Notes under the pieces: model-generated | The model's database searches: none | What the model saw: the letters and a program-made list of their open reading frames with translations, nothing else | Told to the model about the DNA's origin: nothing | Part shown: positions 1-9,367 of the stretch, piece by piece | How the letters are laid out: each line of letters begins with the position of its first letter | Numbering within the stretch: the stretch's first letter is position 1 | Source of the DNA: Gammaproteobacteria bacterium | Lineage (GTDB): Bacteria; Pseudomonadota; Gammaproteobacteria; JBCCGL01 | Length of the DNA stretch: 64,000 bases | Direction of reading: 5' to 3' | Assembly (NCBI GenBank): GCA_965277715.1 | Contig: OZ255836.1 | Location: 3,488,001 to 3,552,000, forward strand | Position numbers and translations under genes: made by a program

Positions 1-441
1 GAAATAACGGATTTTAAGGTCGATGTCCTCGGTAATGAATTCCAGGTTGGGGCTAGTGTGTAGCGAGAGGTGTAGGTCTGGAAACTGTGATGAAAAATTT
101 TCCAGATTGGGAATCAACCAATGGACTGCCATCGCTGGCAGCACACCCACAGTGACACTACCTTGCAAGTGCTCGCTGCGAATCCTGCTAGTGGCGTTGG
201 CGATTTGCTCCAGACTGCTGGACAGTTCGGGCAGAAACATACGCCCTGCACTGGTTAGTTTCAGGCCGTTGGCGAAGCGGACAAATAACTTAGTTTGCAG
301 ATGGTTTTCCAGGAGTGACACCTGCTGGCTGATCGCCGTCGGCGTGACACACAACTCTCTTGAGGCTTTGGCATAGCTCTCGTGCCGGGCGGCTGCTTCA
401 AATGCGCGTATCGCGGTTAGTGGGGGGAGTTTTCTGGCCAT
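1..441 (-). CDS. LysR-family transcriptional regulator (GcvA-like), runs off the window start
   Basis: Manual translation from ATG 441: MARKLPPLTAIRAFEAAARHESYAKASRELCVTPTAISQQVSLLE, a GcvA/AmpR-type HTH. Not in the ORF track; divergent from the symporter. Confidence 0.9.
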   Translation of the reverse strand, partial: MARKLPPLTAIRAFEAAARHESYAKASRELCVTPTAISQQVSLLENHLQTKLFVRFANGLKLTSAGRMFLPELSSSLEQIANATSRIRSEHLQGSVTVGVLPAMAVHWLIPNLENFSSQFPDLHLSLHTSPNLEFITEDIDLKIRYF

Positions 442-741
442 CGGCGTAACGTTTATTCAGAATAAGTAAAATTTGCTCTTAGATAAATATTAGCCTAATA
501 CTAAATTGGCCTCATGTTGGTTGAAACAAATCCATCAAGCATTAGTAATTATTACCCTCTAGATAATATATTCATAATTGATACTTTTCCTGGAGTTTAC
601 GATAATTGGTTAGTAGAGTCGAAAAAAAACCCGACAAAAATAAACTGAAATAATTTAGATTAAAACAGGCACCGGGAAGAACCCCGGTTTAAAAATATTT
701 GAATTATCACTGTCACTCACACCACTAGGGGGTACATTCTG

Positions 742-2088
742 ATGGATGGCATAAACAATATTATTAACCAACTAAACGCATTCGCGTGGGGGCCACCCAT
801 GCTATTGCTGCTGGGGCTTACCGGGGTTTTCCTGACGGTGGGCACCCTGTTTGTCTCCTGGCGCAAAATTGGCTATGCATTCAAACTGTTATTCGATAAG
901 TCGTCATCCGAGGGCGAAGGCGAGGTAAAACCGTTTAACGCCCTAATGACAGCGCTGTCGGCCACTGTGGGCACGGGCAATATTGCCGGGGTCGCAACCG
1001 CCATCGCGCTGGGTGGGCCTGGGGCAATCTTCTATATGTGGCTGATTGCGCTGTTTGGCATGGCGACAAAATATGCAGAGGCGGTCTGTGCTGTTTCCTA
1101 TCGAGAGACCGATGAGAACAACAACTACGTCGGTGGCCCGATGTACTACCTGAAAAACGGTGTCGGTGAACGATTTCCCACCTTTGGCCTGGTGCTTGGT
1201 TACGCCTTTGCCATTTTTGGTGCAGTGGCAGCGTTTGGTATCGGCAATGCAGTGCAGGTCAATTCGATGGCCGATGCGCTGAGCACTAACTTTAATTTAC
1301 CGACCTGGATTACCGGTGTTGTTGTAGCGGTATTGGTCGGCTTTGTTATCCTCGGCGGTATTCGCCGTATCGGTGATGTCGCCGGTAAACTGGTGCCGAC
1401 GATGATTGTACTTTACATCGGCGCCGGTCTATTGGTGCTGGCAATCAATATTGACAAGGTGCCAGCCGCTATCGGTTTGATTTTCCACCACGCATTCAAC
1501 CCCGTTGCTGCCAGTGGTGGGTTTGCTGGTGCGGCTGTTGCCGCCGCTATTCGCTTCGGTGTTGCACGCGGGGTATTTTCCAACGAATCCGGGTTGGGTT
1601 CTGCGGCAATCGCCCATGCGGCCGCGAAAACCAATAACCCAGTCCGACAGGGCCTGATCGCTATGCTCGGAACGCTGATTGATACCTTGATTGTTTGTAC
1701 CATCACCGCGCTCTGTATTCTCACTTCGGGCGAATGGCTTTCCGGCGTATCTGGCGCATCGTTAACGTCTAATGCATTTGGCGCGACCTTCGCCGGAGGC
1801 AACTATGTCGTCTCCATCGCCCTGGTAGTGTTTGCATTTACGACGATTCTCGGTTGGAGTTATTACGGCGAGCGCTGCTGGCAGTTCCTTTTCAAAGAGC
1901 GATCAGTAATGATTTACCGTATGTTATGGGTACTGGCTGCGGTTTTTTTCGCCAATCAAAAGGTCGATTTTGTATGGAATTTATCCGATACACTCAACGG
2001 CCTGATGGCGATACCGAATTTGATCGGGCTGTTAATCCTGTCACCGCTCATTTTCAAAATCACTAAAGAGTACTTCGCAAAACACTAA
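742..2088 (+). CDS. Alanine/glycine:cation symporter (AGCS family)
   Basis: Motifs ATVGTGNIAGVATAI, GGPGAIFYMW, GGPMYY and RGVFSNESGLGSA. Confidence 0.95.
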   Translation: MDGINNIINQLNAFAWGPPMLLLLGLTGVFLTVGTLFVSWRKIGYAFKLLFDKSSSEGEGEVKPFNALMTALSATVGTGNIAGVATAIALGGPGAIFYMWLIALFGMATKYAEAVCAVSYRETDENNNYVGGPMYYLKNGVGERFPTFGLVLGYAFAIFGAVAAFGIGNAVQVNSMADALSTNFNLPTWITGVVVAVLVGFVILGGIRRIGDVAGKLVPTMIVLYIGAGLLVLAINIDKVPAAIGLIFHHAFNPVAASGGFAGAAVAAAIRFGVARGVFSNESGLGSAAIAHAAAKTNNPVRQGLIAMLGTLIDTLIVCTITALCILTSGEWLSGVSGASLTSNAFGATFAGGNYVVSIALVVFAFTTILGWSYYGERCWQFLFKERSVMIYRMLWVLAAVFFANQKVDFVWNLSDTLNGLMAIPNLIGLLILSPLIFKITKEYFAKH

Positions 2089-2125
2089 CCTGCGTATGCA
2101 AATATAGATTTAACCTCCTCCTTTA

Positions 2126-2158
2126 GCGCACCACCACTGTTGGTGGTGCGTTTTTTTT
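2126..2158 (+). terminator. Rho-independent terminator
   Basis: GCGCACCACCA-ctgt-TGGTGGTGCG hairpin followed by T8, just after the symporter. Confidence 0.85.
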
Positions 2159-2370
2159 GGATCTAACGACCCTTACCTTTTCCCCCTTCCTCATTCACCC
2201 CCTGTTAGGTGAAGTGGCTTTACTTTATTTATAGGTTGTAATTCCCTGGATTATTCCTCTCTTAAGCTCGCCAAAAAGAGTGTGAGCGACTACAATCACA
2301 CTATCGAACATAGGGGCAATATAGTGCCTATGCCTCTTGAATAGAAGACACAGCAGTTATTGGTTTACAT

Positions 2371-2649
2371 ATGAATATTTCTTTACCTTCAAAAATTGTT
2401 TTATCGCCGGACGTTTTGTTTCAGGAACTGGAGGGCGAGTCGGTATTGTTGAATCTGGCCAATGAGCAGTATTATGGATTAAACCAGGTTGGCACCGATA
2501 TCTGGGAGGTTCTGGTTGAAGAAAAAGGCGATGTGGGAACTGCCATTAAACGTTTGTTGGCTGTATATGATGTCACTGAAGATATGCTACGACAAGATAT
2601 GGACGCGCTGTTTACCCAATGGAAAAAAGCGGAAATAGTTTCTATATAA
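2371..2649 (+). CDS. Stand-alone PqqD-family (RiPP recognition element) protein
   Basis: 92 aa with FQELEGESVLLNL..YYGLNQVGTDIWE..L...YDV, the PqqD/lasso-B1 pattern. Confidence 0.85.
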   Translation: MNISLPSKIVLSPDVLFQELEGESVLLNLANEQYYGLNQVGTDIWEVLVEEKGDVGTAIKRLLAVYDVTEDMLRQDMDALFTQWKKAEIVSI

Positions 2650-3109
2650 ACCTTATCGGTTTTAAGTTTAATACCATATTTTCTGTGCACGATTGTGGCT
2701 CAAAATCAGCCTCGCTCTGGTAATTGAGAACGATCTTTAGTTTATCTGCGCTTAATCTGGCGCAAATGACATAAAACATGTAATTTAGGGCAAATATGCC
2801 AGAGCCCATCCACATTGCCACTCTCTGTTTTGACCGGGCTAAGCTGTTCTACATCAGTATGATTAGCCAGGAATGTGGGCTCGGTAGTGAAGAAAAAATG
2901 CGCCGGGCTTTTATTCGGCATGTTGGTGTAACCGTGAAAGAATACCGGCAAGGTTTCAAAAATATTTGATTGTGGTGGTGTCCTGATAGATCGTATTCGT
3001 TTTTTTCTGGCTAAATTTAAAAAGCTGTCCTTGCATAGAATGGTTTTATATCAATAAAAGATCAGCATTTGATACCTCTAGAATAAATTGCATCTGGTGA
3101 TAAATTAAA

Positions 3110-4201
3110 ATGAAAATCACAACACTTAAAACCACCCTGGTCGATGTGCCATTGGCAAACCCTATCGCGACAGCTATACACGCTATGCGCAGCGTGGGCT
3201 GTGTGCTGGTGGAACTGGAGACAGACGAGGGGATTACCGGTGAGAGCTATGTTTTTACATTGAATGGTGCCCGGCTGTCTGCGTTGCACGAAATGGTACT
3301 TGGCTTTACACACCAGGTTGAAGGGCGCGATCCGCATTTTGTCGCGCAGATTGGCCAGGCGATGTGGGATGAAATGAACCCGATCGGTCACGCAGGTTTT
3401 TCCATCGCTGCGCTGTCGGCCATTGATACCGCCTGCTGGGACATTATAGGCAAAGCAGCTAATCAGCCGTTGCACAAGCTCTTTGGCGCCTGCCGCGATA
3501 AAGTCAAAACTTACGCCAGTGGTGGCTTGTGGTTGTCGCAGTCGATCGACGACTGTGTGCGCCAGGCGGGTGAGTTTATTGATGCCGGTTTTCGCTCGAT
3601 GAAAATACGCCTCGGCAGCGCAAACAGTGCCGATGATGTCGAGCGTGTCCGGGCGATTCGCGCCGCATGTGGCCCCGATATTGAGTTATTGACCGATGCC
3701 AATCAGGGTTTATCCACCAAGCGGGCGATTGGCTTGGCACGCCAACTGGAGGCGTTTGATATAGCCTGGTTGGAGGAGCCGGTTGTCTACCAAAATCTCA
3801 GTGGTCATGCCGAGGTACGCCGGGCGACGAATATCCCTATCGCCAGTGGTGAAACAGAGTACACCTATTTAGGTATGCACAAAATGTTGGAGGCGGGCGC
3901 GGCGGATGTAGTGATGCCAGACTTGCAACGCGTGGGTGGGTTGACCGGGTTGCGGCGCGCTGCCACGCTCGCGGCGGCGTATCACGTGCCGGTTTCGACA
4001 CATGTTTTTACCGAGCAAAGTATTTGTGTGGCGGCGTCAGAACCAAATTATATTTCGGTTGAGCATATGCCGTGGTTTTGTACGTTATTCAATGAACCGC
4101 TGGAGGTGGATGAGGGTTTTTTACGCGTGCCTGATCGCCCTGGCATTGGGTTTACATTCGATCAACGGGCGGTTAAGAAATTCAAGCTAACTCAGCTATA
4201 A
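3110..4201 (+). CDS. Mandelate racemase/muconate lactonizing enzyme family protein (enolase superfamily)
   Basis: SAIDTACWDI, KxR, DANQG, WLEEP, SGETE, PDL..GG and STH motifs. Confidence 0.9.
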   Translation: MKITTLKTTLVDVPLANPIATAIHAMRSVGCVLVELETDEGITGESYVFTLNGARLSALHEMVLGFTHQVEGRDPHFVAQIGQAMWDEMNPIGHAGFSIAALSAIDTACWDIIGKAANQPLHKLFGACRDKVKTYASGGLWLSQSIDDCVRQAGEFIDAGFRSMKIRLGSANSADDVERVRAIRAACGPDIELLTDANQGLSTKRAIGLARQLEAFDIAWLEEPVVYQNLSGHAEVRRATNIPIASGETEYTYLGMHKMLEAGAADVVMPDLQRVGGLTGLRRAATLAAAYHVPVSTHVFTEQSICVAASEPNYISVEHMPWFCTLFNEPLEVDEGFLRVPDRPGIGFTFDQRAVKKFKLTQL

Positions 4202-4250
4202 GGTAAATTAATACATTTACGAATCCTGGTGTTTATTTCGTGCACGTTTC
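4190..4250 (-). mobile_element. Partial copy of MITE family A
   Basis: Reverse complement matches the first ~60 bp of the 20046 and 38556 elements; supplies the TAA stop of the upstream gene. Confidence 0.7.
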
Positions 4251-4254
4251 TGAT

Positions 4255-4365
4255 ATGTATTAACTTGCAACTAATTGTTCCAGAGCGCTTTTTTCTGGAA
4301 CAATTATTGGCTAATACGTCAGACATCTTGTATTGACTTATGGGCAAGTTAATACATGGGGTCTA
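4255..4365. repeat. Nested-palindrome element, family B
   Basis: Near reverse complement of 10132-10241; contains two internal palindromes. Confidence 0.8.
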
Positions 4366-4545
4366 ATGACGGTTGGAGTGATTTAACACAGATTCGACCA
4401 ATACCAGAAATCGATGCTGATCGACTGCATCGCTACCGTACCGAAAGGCTTAAACCGGCAATGTGTAGGCACGCTGTCGATCTGTGTGCAGTGCTCAGCT
4501 CGGTTAGTCTACGCGATACCATAAATTACCGTAACTATGCGCGGT
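4366..4545 (+). pseudogene. N-terminal fragment of an M24 (Xaa-Pro peptidase/DddP-like) gene
   Basis: IDADRLHRYRTERLK..M......L....S.VSLR...NYRNY resembles the creatinase-N domain; no catalytic domain follows. Confidence 0.45.
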
Positions 4546-4576
4546 GTTTTGTTCAACGCGCAAGGTAAAAAGCCGC

Positions 4577-5101
4577 CTAAGCTACCTTGGTTGTCGCTGT
4601 TGTAAATTCAAGGTTTTTCAGGGTTTTTGCGCAGGCGATAGCCGCCTCGACACCTTTGATTTTGAAGTGCTCGAAAAAGAAATTCTCATGGATTGGGGTT
4701 TCCTGAAAATGGTGGGGCGTCAATACCACGGACAATATCGGTATTTCAAGTTTAAGCTGCACTTTCATCATGGCATCCAGTACGGTGCTGGCGACAAGAT
4801 CGTGCCGGTAAATACCGCCATCGACGATAAGGCCGGCCGCTACGATAATCGCATATTGCCCGGTTTTGGCCAGCAGTTTGGATTGCAGAGGAATTTCCAG
4901 GCTGCCAGGCACAACAAAGAAATCTATTTGGGTTTCGGTGATGCCCAAATTTTTACATTCGCCGATAAAAGATAAGCGCGCCTGGTCGACGATCTCACTG
5001 TGCCAGTCGGCCTGAATAAAGGCGATGCGCTTGCCGCTTTCCAGCAGGCGAAAGCCTTCGTAGTTTTTGACGTTGATACGCGTGGTAATGGTCTGATCCA
5101 T
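4577..5101 (-). CDS. ribH: 6,7-dimethyl-8-ribityllumazine synthase (RibH2-like)
   Basis: QADWHSEIV, VPGSLEIP and DGGIYRHD motifs; ATG 5101 preceded by an AGAGG RBS. Confidence 0.92.
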   Translation of the reverse strand: MDQTITTRINVKNYEGFRLLESGKRIAFIQADWHSEIVDQARLSFIGECKNLGITETQIDFFVVPGSLEIPLQSKLLAKTGQYAIIVAAGLIVDGGIYRHDLVASTVLDAMMKVQLKLEIPILSVVLTPHHFQETPIHENFFFEHFKIKGVEAAIACAKTLKNLEFTTATTKVA

Positions 5102-5232
5102 GTAACACCTCTTTGCTCGATACAGAGGGCATCGGAAACGTTGTGAACGCAGTAGTTTTCGACACCCTTTACAGGGATCAGGGCGACGGGAGCGCACTAT
5201 TGCAGCCAGGCTGAAACAGGTATTTACTGCCC

Positions 5233-5394
<162 letters not shown>

Positions 5395-5576
5395 TGGTTA
5401 ATTACTATTGGATAGCAAGTAACCCGGGTAGAGTATAAATCGTAATACGCCGTTTGGTAATACTGTTATTTATTATTTTACCGTTTAATTTGAAAAGCAC
5501 TGGAATGGCGCCAAACTTGTGCTATAGCAAGTGGTGGCAAATGGTTGGTGCAGACGATTTAAGGTGAGTTAAGCCC

Positions 5577-5622
5577 TAGACCCCATGTATTGACTTGTGT
5601 GCAAGTCAATACATGGGGCCTG
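5577..5622. repeat. Family B core palindrome (short copy)
   Basis: TAGACCCCATGTATTGACTTG-tgtg-CAAGTCAATACATGGGGcCT. Confidence 0.8.
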
Positions 5623-5665
5623 GATCGGTGTGTTTTTCTTTGGTTATAACAATAGGGTTAATATA

Positions 5666-6241
5666 ATGATAAAAGAGTGTATATGGCAGTGTATGGATGC
5701 GTTGGGCCTGGAGCATCTGCGTTTGACGCAAAGTGCGGATAATATTATTGCAGAAAGTGTGGTTATGGGGGTTACCAGCGACACCCCATTTCATACACAC
5801 TACCGCATTTGTTGTGATTTGGCCTGGCGGGTGCTGGAGGTTGACGCAAGCCCGCTTTATCCTGGTGGTAAAGCATTCAGCTTGCGGGCCGACGGTCAAG
5901 GGCACTGGTCGAACCGCATGGGAAAACCTATTCCTGAGCTCAATGGCTGCCTGGATGTTGATATTTCGATAACACCGTTTACCAATACCCTGCCTATTCG
6001 CCGGTTGAAACTACAACCTGTTGAATATGAAGATATCACCGTTGTGCATATTGCGTTACATACACAAGCAATACGCCTGGTACGCCAACGCTATACCTGC
6101 CTGCAGAGTCCCGTTGGCGATGAGCAGGGGATGTACCAGTATCAGAACTTTAGCTATAAATATACTAGCTACCTGTCGGTGGATGCAGACGGTTTGGTCT
6201 GTGATTACCCGGAAGTGTATAAACGTGTGTGGCCGGATTGA
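5666..6241 (+). CDS. Putative glycolipid-binding domain protein (PA1994-like)
   Basis: GLEHL, Y.I.CD..W, GCLDVDI..TPFTNTLPIRRL, QRY and VD.DGLV.DYP motifs; ATG 5666 preferred as start. Confidence 0.85.
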   Translation: MIKECIWQCMDALGLEHLRLTQSADNIIAESVVMGVTSDTPFHTHYRICCDLAWRVLEVDASPLYPGGKAFSLRADGQGHWSNRMGKPIPELNGCLDVDISITPFTNTLPIRRLKLQPVEYEDITVVHIALHTQAIRLVRQRYTCLQSPVGDEQGMYQYQNFSYKYTSYLSVDADGLVCDYPEVYKRVWPD

Positions 6242-6306
6242 TTGGCCAGATCGGTTGGCCAGAACGATTAACCAGGTCAGTTAGTTTGGCTGGTGTTTGT
6301 CAACTA

Positions 6307-6328
6307 TATTTCGATATTACTAGAAATA
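6307..6328. promoter_or_regulatory. Putative ArsR operator, copy 1
   Basis: TATTTC-N10-GAAATA inverted repeat next to TTGACA (6332); repeated at 6723. Confidence 0.6.
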
Positions 6329-6367
6329 CAGTTGACAAACTGATACCTGAATATTAACCTACCCAAT

Positions 6368-6700
6368 ATGACGCTTGATGTAACCAAAACTGCGGGCCTG
6401 CTACAACAGATGGGCAATAGTACCCGGCTTGAAATCGTGCGGTTGTTGGTGCGCGCTGGGCCAGCGGGTATGCCCGTCGGGGATATTCAAACACACCTGG
6501 CGATCCCTGCGTCGACCTTATCACACCACATCGCCAAGCTGTGTGGTGTGGGTCTGGTGAGACAATCGCGTGAGTCAACAACGCTTTATTGTTGCGTTGA
6601 CTACAGTGTGATCGATGGGCTCATTGCCTTTCTCTCAGATGAGTGTTGTATAGGGAATACCATCAATGCCAGTAGGGCATCGGAAAGTGTTGCCAGTTAG
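6368..6700 (+). CDS. ArsR/SmtB-family regulator
   Basis: RLEIVRLLVRAGPAGM, IPASTLSHH and C-terminal ECC. Confidence 0.9.
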   Translation: MTLDVTKTAGLLQQMGNSTRLEIVRLLVRAGPAGMPVGDIQTHLAIPASTLSHHIAKLCGVGLVRQSRESTTLYCCVDYSVIDGLIAFLSDECCIGNTINASRASESVAS

Positions 6701-6722
6701 GGGTTGGTTTTTTTTGTTTTAT

Positions 6723-6744
6723 TATTTCGATAAATCCAGAAATA
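6723..6744. promoter_or_regulatory. Putative ArsR operator, copy 2
   Basis: TATTTCGATAAATCCAGAAATA upstream of the permease. Confidence 0.6.
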
Positions 6745-6762
6745 TAGAATTAAAGAGGTATT

Positions 6763-7815
6763 ATGAAAAATATACATGCAGTAGAGTATGGGCCGTCGTA
6801 TTGGTATGCGGGGTTAACCGCCGTGCTGCACGACCGGGTTGTCCAGGCACTTTTAATCGGTATTGGTCTGTTGGGTGTAGTGGATACCCCACAAGTTTGG
6901 CCCAGTGTGCAGTTTACCGCGCAGGCATTTTGGGGAATGTTGCCGTTTTTTCTTATCGCATTGTCGATGGCGGCCTACACCCGCGCTGCTGGCGCCGATG
7001 AGATCATCGCCGGTCTATTTGCCGGTAAACCGGTTGTCGCGATTATTTCGGCGGCGGTATTTGGCGCGGTATCACCTTTTTGTTCTTGTGGGGTAATCCC
7101 AATAATTGCGGCGCTATTGGTTGCCCGCGTACCGCTGGCCCCTGTGATGGCATTTTGGATTGCCTCGCCTATTATGGACCCGGAAATGTTTATCCTCACT
7201 GCGGCGGGTATCGGTAGCGGGTTTGCCATCGCCAAAACACTGGCCGCAATGGCAATGGGTTTGCTGGCGGGGTTTACTGTAATGCTGTTGTCCGCAAGTG
7301 GCTTATTTGATCAACCCATGAAAGTCGCGGCGAGCGCGCACTGTGGCAGCAGTTGCCGCGCTGAAAAACCGTCGATTCGCTGGCAGTTTTGGCATGACCC
7401 TGATCGCAATGAGGTGTTTTTTAGCGAATTTATCAAAAGTGGTTTATTTCTGGGTAAATGGTTGGCGATGGCCTTTTTTATCGAAAGCATCATGCTTGCC
7501 TACCTGTCACCGGAGCAGGTGGCGTCTGTCGTCGGTGGTAATAGCTGGTTGGTGATACCGCTGGCTGCACTGATTGGTGTGCCTGCGTATTTGAATGGCT
7601 ATGCGGCGATACCTTTGGTGAGTGGTTTGATCGATCTGGGGATGTCACCGGGTGCCGCGCTGGCGTTTATTACCGCAGGCGCTGTGTCATCCATTCCCGC
7701 TGCGATGGCCGTTTACGCACTGGTGCGAACGCCCGTGTTTATTACCTACCTGCTATTGGGGTTTGTAGGGTCAATTGCAGCAGGTTCGCTCTATCAGTTG
7801 TTTGTGTTGTTTTAA
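6763..7815 (+). CDS. ArsP/DUF318-family permease
   Basis: SPFCSCGVIP, FWIASP and GVPAYLNGYAAIP motifs; multiple TM segments. Confidence 0.88.
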   Translation: MKNIHAVEYGPSYWYAGLTAVLHDRVVQALLIGIGLLGVVDTPQVWPSVQFTAQAFWGMLPFFLIALSMAAYTRAAGADEIIAGLFAGKPVVAIISAAVFGAVSPFCSCGVIPIIAALLVARVPLAPVMAFWIASPIMDPEMFILTAAGIGSGFAIAKTLAAMAMGLLAGFTVMLLSASGLFDQPMKVAASAHCGSSCRAEKPSIRWQFWHDPDRNEVFFSEFIKSGLFLGKWLAMAFFIESIMLAYLSPEQVASVVGGNSWLVIPLAALIGVPAYLNGYAAIPLVSGLIDLGMSPGAALAFITAGAVSSIPAAMAVYALVRTPVFITYLLLGFVGSIAAGSLYQLFVLF

Positions 7816-8000
7816 TGCATAGCTGGCTATGCTTTGATGCATATAGAAAGCCGCCCTAAACCGCACCGTTATCCTGCCACTGGCGGTCACCGGGACGCTG
7901 ATTTAGGCGGGGATGTTTTATGTTTTCCCCGCCTTATTACTGCAATAGGAACAAGACCTCGGCGGGTCTAAAACGGCTTTGCCCAGTGCCTTTTCGATAC

Positions 8001-8164
8001 AGCAACGCAGGAGCAGTTGTCGGCGACTGTATGGATACAAGAGATAGAGCAACGCAGGAGCAGTTGCCGACGACTGTATGGATACAGGAGGTAGAGCAAC
8101 GCAGGAGCAGTTGCCGACGACTGTATGGATACAGGAGGTAGAGCAACGCAGGAGCAGTTGCCGA
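8001..8164. repeat. 47-bp tandem repeat, about 3.5 copies
   Basis: CAACGCAGGAGCAGTTGCCGACGACTGTATGGATACAGGAGGTAGAG starting at 8003, 8050, 8097 and 8144 (partial). Confidence 0.95.
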
Positions 8165-8192
8165 GAAGCGGTAGCTTCGCTCTGCAAAGAGT

Positions 8193-8236
8193 AAAGAAAA
8201 ACACCAAAACATCGCGAGAGAAACCCCATAACACCC
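8193..8236. repeat. Dispersed ~44-bp element, family C
   Basis: Reverse complement of 30934-30976 with one mismatch and one indel. Confidence 0.8.
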
Positions 8237-8254
8237 CAGGGCAATTGCACTACG

Positions 8255-8464
8255 ATCCTTTGATTGGTGCAATGGCGATGGAACCATACTTCCCGCCTGC
8301 TTGGCCTCGGTCGGAGTCAACAATAAAGCAATATCAACATCGCTGTCTGCCGTAGTCTCGCCGGTGACCTGATAACCAAATACATCAATCGCCTGCAAAC
8401 CTAGAAGGCATTCAGAAACCAGGGAAGTTATCGTTGCAGTGCCATTGGTGCTTAGAGGATGCAT
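8255..8464 (-). pseudogene. Degenerate minimal nucleotidyltransferase (MNT antitoxin-like) fragment
   Basis: AIDVFGYQVTGETTADSDVDIALLL resembles the MNT motif FGS...G.....SDxDI; GS is altered and the frame runs into repeats. Confidence 0.55.
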
Positions 8465-8722
8465 AACTATTCAAACAAAAAAATTTCAGGTAAAAACGCG
8501 TGGTGTTGGCGCGAAAACCGAGGCTCCCTCAGCATCCGCAACACTATAATCCGTTCAGTAAAGAGGCAACAGGGGTTTCTGGCAGGCGCTATTCGACCGC
8601 CGCTGGTAGCGGACTATAGCCACCTGGGCGTGGCTGGAACTGTGCGAAAAACATCGCTTTATCCGTTTGTTGCACACCTTAATTGTTATGATAGTGGCAG
8701 ATTTTCAGACGGTATCAGTAAC

Positions 8723-9367
8723 GTGAACGCAAAAATAACAACGCTGGATTTGCATGCACACTTTGATACAACAGATGCCAATATGCCCATTGAGACCGAT
8801 GGGCGCACCGCTTCTGTCGCGCTGATTTTTTGGTGTGATGGCGGTAATCTGCGTTTGTGTTTGGGTCGTCGTGCAATCAGTGCGCACGATCCCTGGTCTG
8901 GTGACCTTGCGTTTCCAGGCGGCAAGGCAGAGCCTGAAGACCATTCACTTCACGATGTCGCATCACGCGAGACGTTTGAGGAAGTGGGTTTAACACTGCC
9001 CACCACCGCCTTGATCGGGCGAATGGAAAAAGTCAATGCCAATGGCCGTAAGCAGCGTAAACCAACCACCGTGTGGCCACTGGTTTACCTGCTCGAATCG
9101 CAACCGCCCCCGTTTTCCCTCAGTGAAGAGATGAGCGAGGCGTATTGGGTATCGTTAGCTGATTTGTGGAACCGCAAAAACTGGATAGCATTTTCATTTC
9201 CCGCCACGCGTGCACAGTACCCCGGTATTCATATTGGTAACCATTTCCTCTGGGGGTTTTCGCTACGCGTACTAATGACGCTGGGTGACCGACTGGGCAG
9301 GTCATTGCAGCCTATCCTGGCCTTGGAGCAGATAACCCACATTGGCGATATGCCCCCTAGTCGATGA
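8723..9367 (+). CDS. Nudix hydrolase, CoA pyrophosphatase-like
   Basis: DPWSGDLAFPGGKAEPED..L..VASRETFEEVGL Nudix box and LWG motif; start uncertain. Confidence 0.85.
   Translation: MNAKITTLDLHAHFDTTDANMPIETDGRTASVALIFWCDGGNLRLCLGRRAISAHDPWSGDLAFPGGKAEPEDHSLHDVASRETFEEVGLTLPTTALIGRMEKVNANGRKQRKPTTVWPLVYLLESQPPPFSLSEEMSEAYWVSLADLWNRKNWIAFSFPATRAQYPGIHIGNHFLWGFSLRVLMTLGDRLGRSLQPILALEQITHIGDMPPSR

Noticed and set aside
23-376. 117-aa plus-strand ORF
   Set aside because: Antisense shadow of the LysR gene
2742-2951. Possible RiPP precursor for the PqqD protein
   Set aside because: No lasso leader motif (YxxP, penultimate Thr) recognised; convergent orientation
5102-5197. N-terminal extension of ribH in the ORF track (likewise ccoO, ccoN, ccoS, DUF1028, Nudix)
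   Set aside because: Downstream starts fit the family N-termini, and RBS where visible, better
7918-8355. Repetitive ORFs, and a possible mini-CRISPR at the 47-bp repeat
   Set aside because: Units are contiguous without unique spacers; the ORFs are by-products of the repeat
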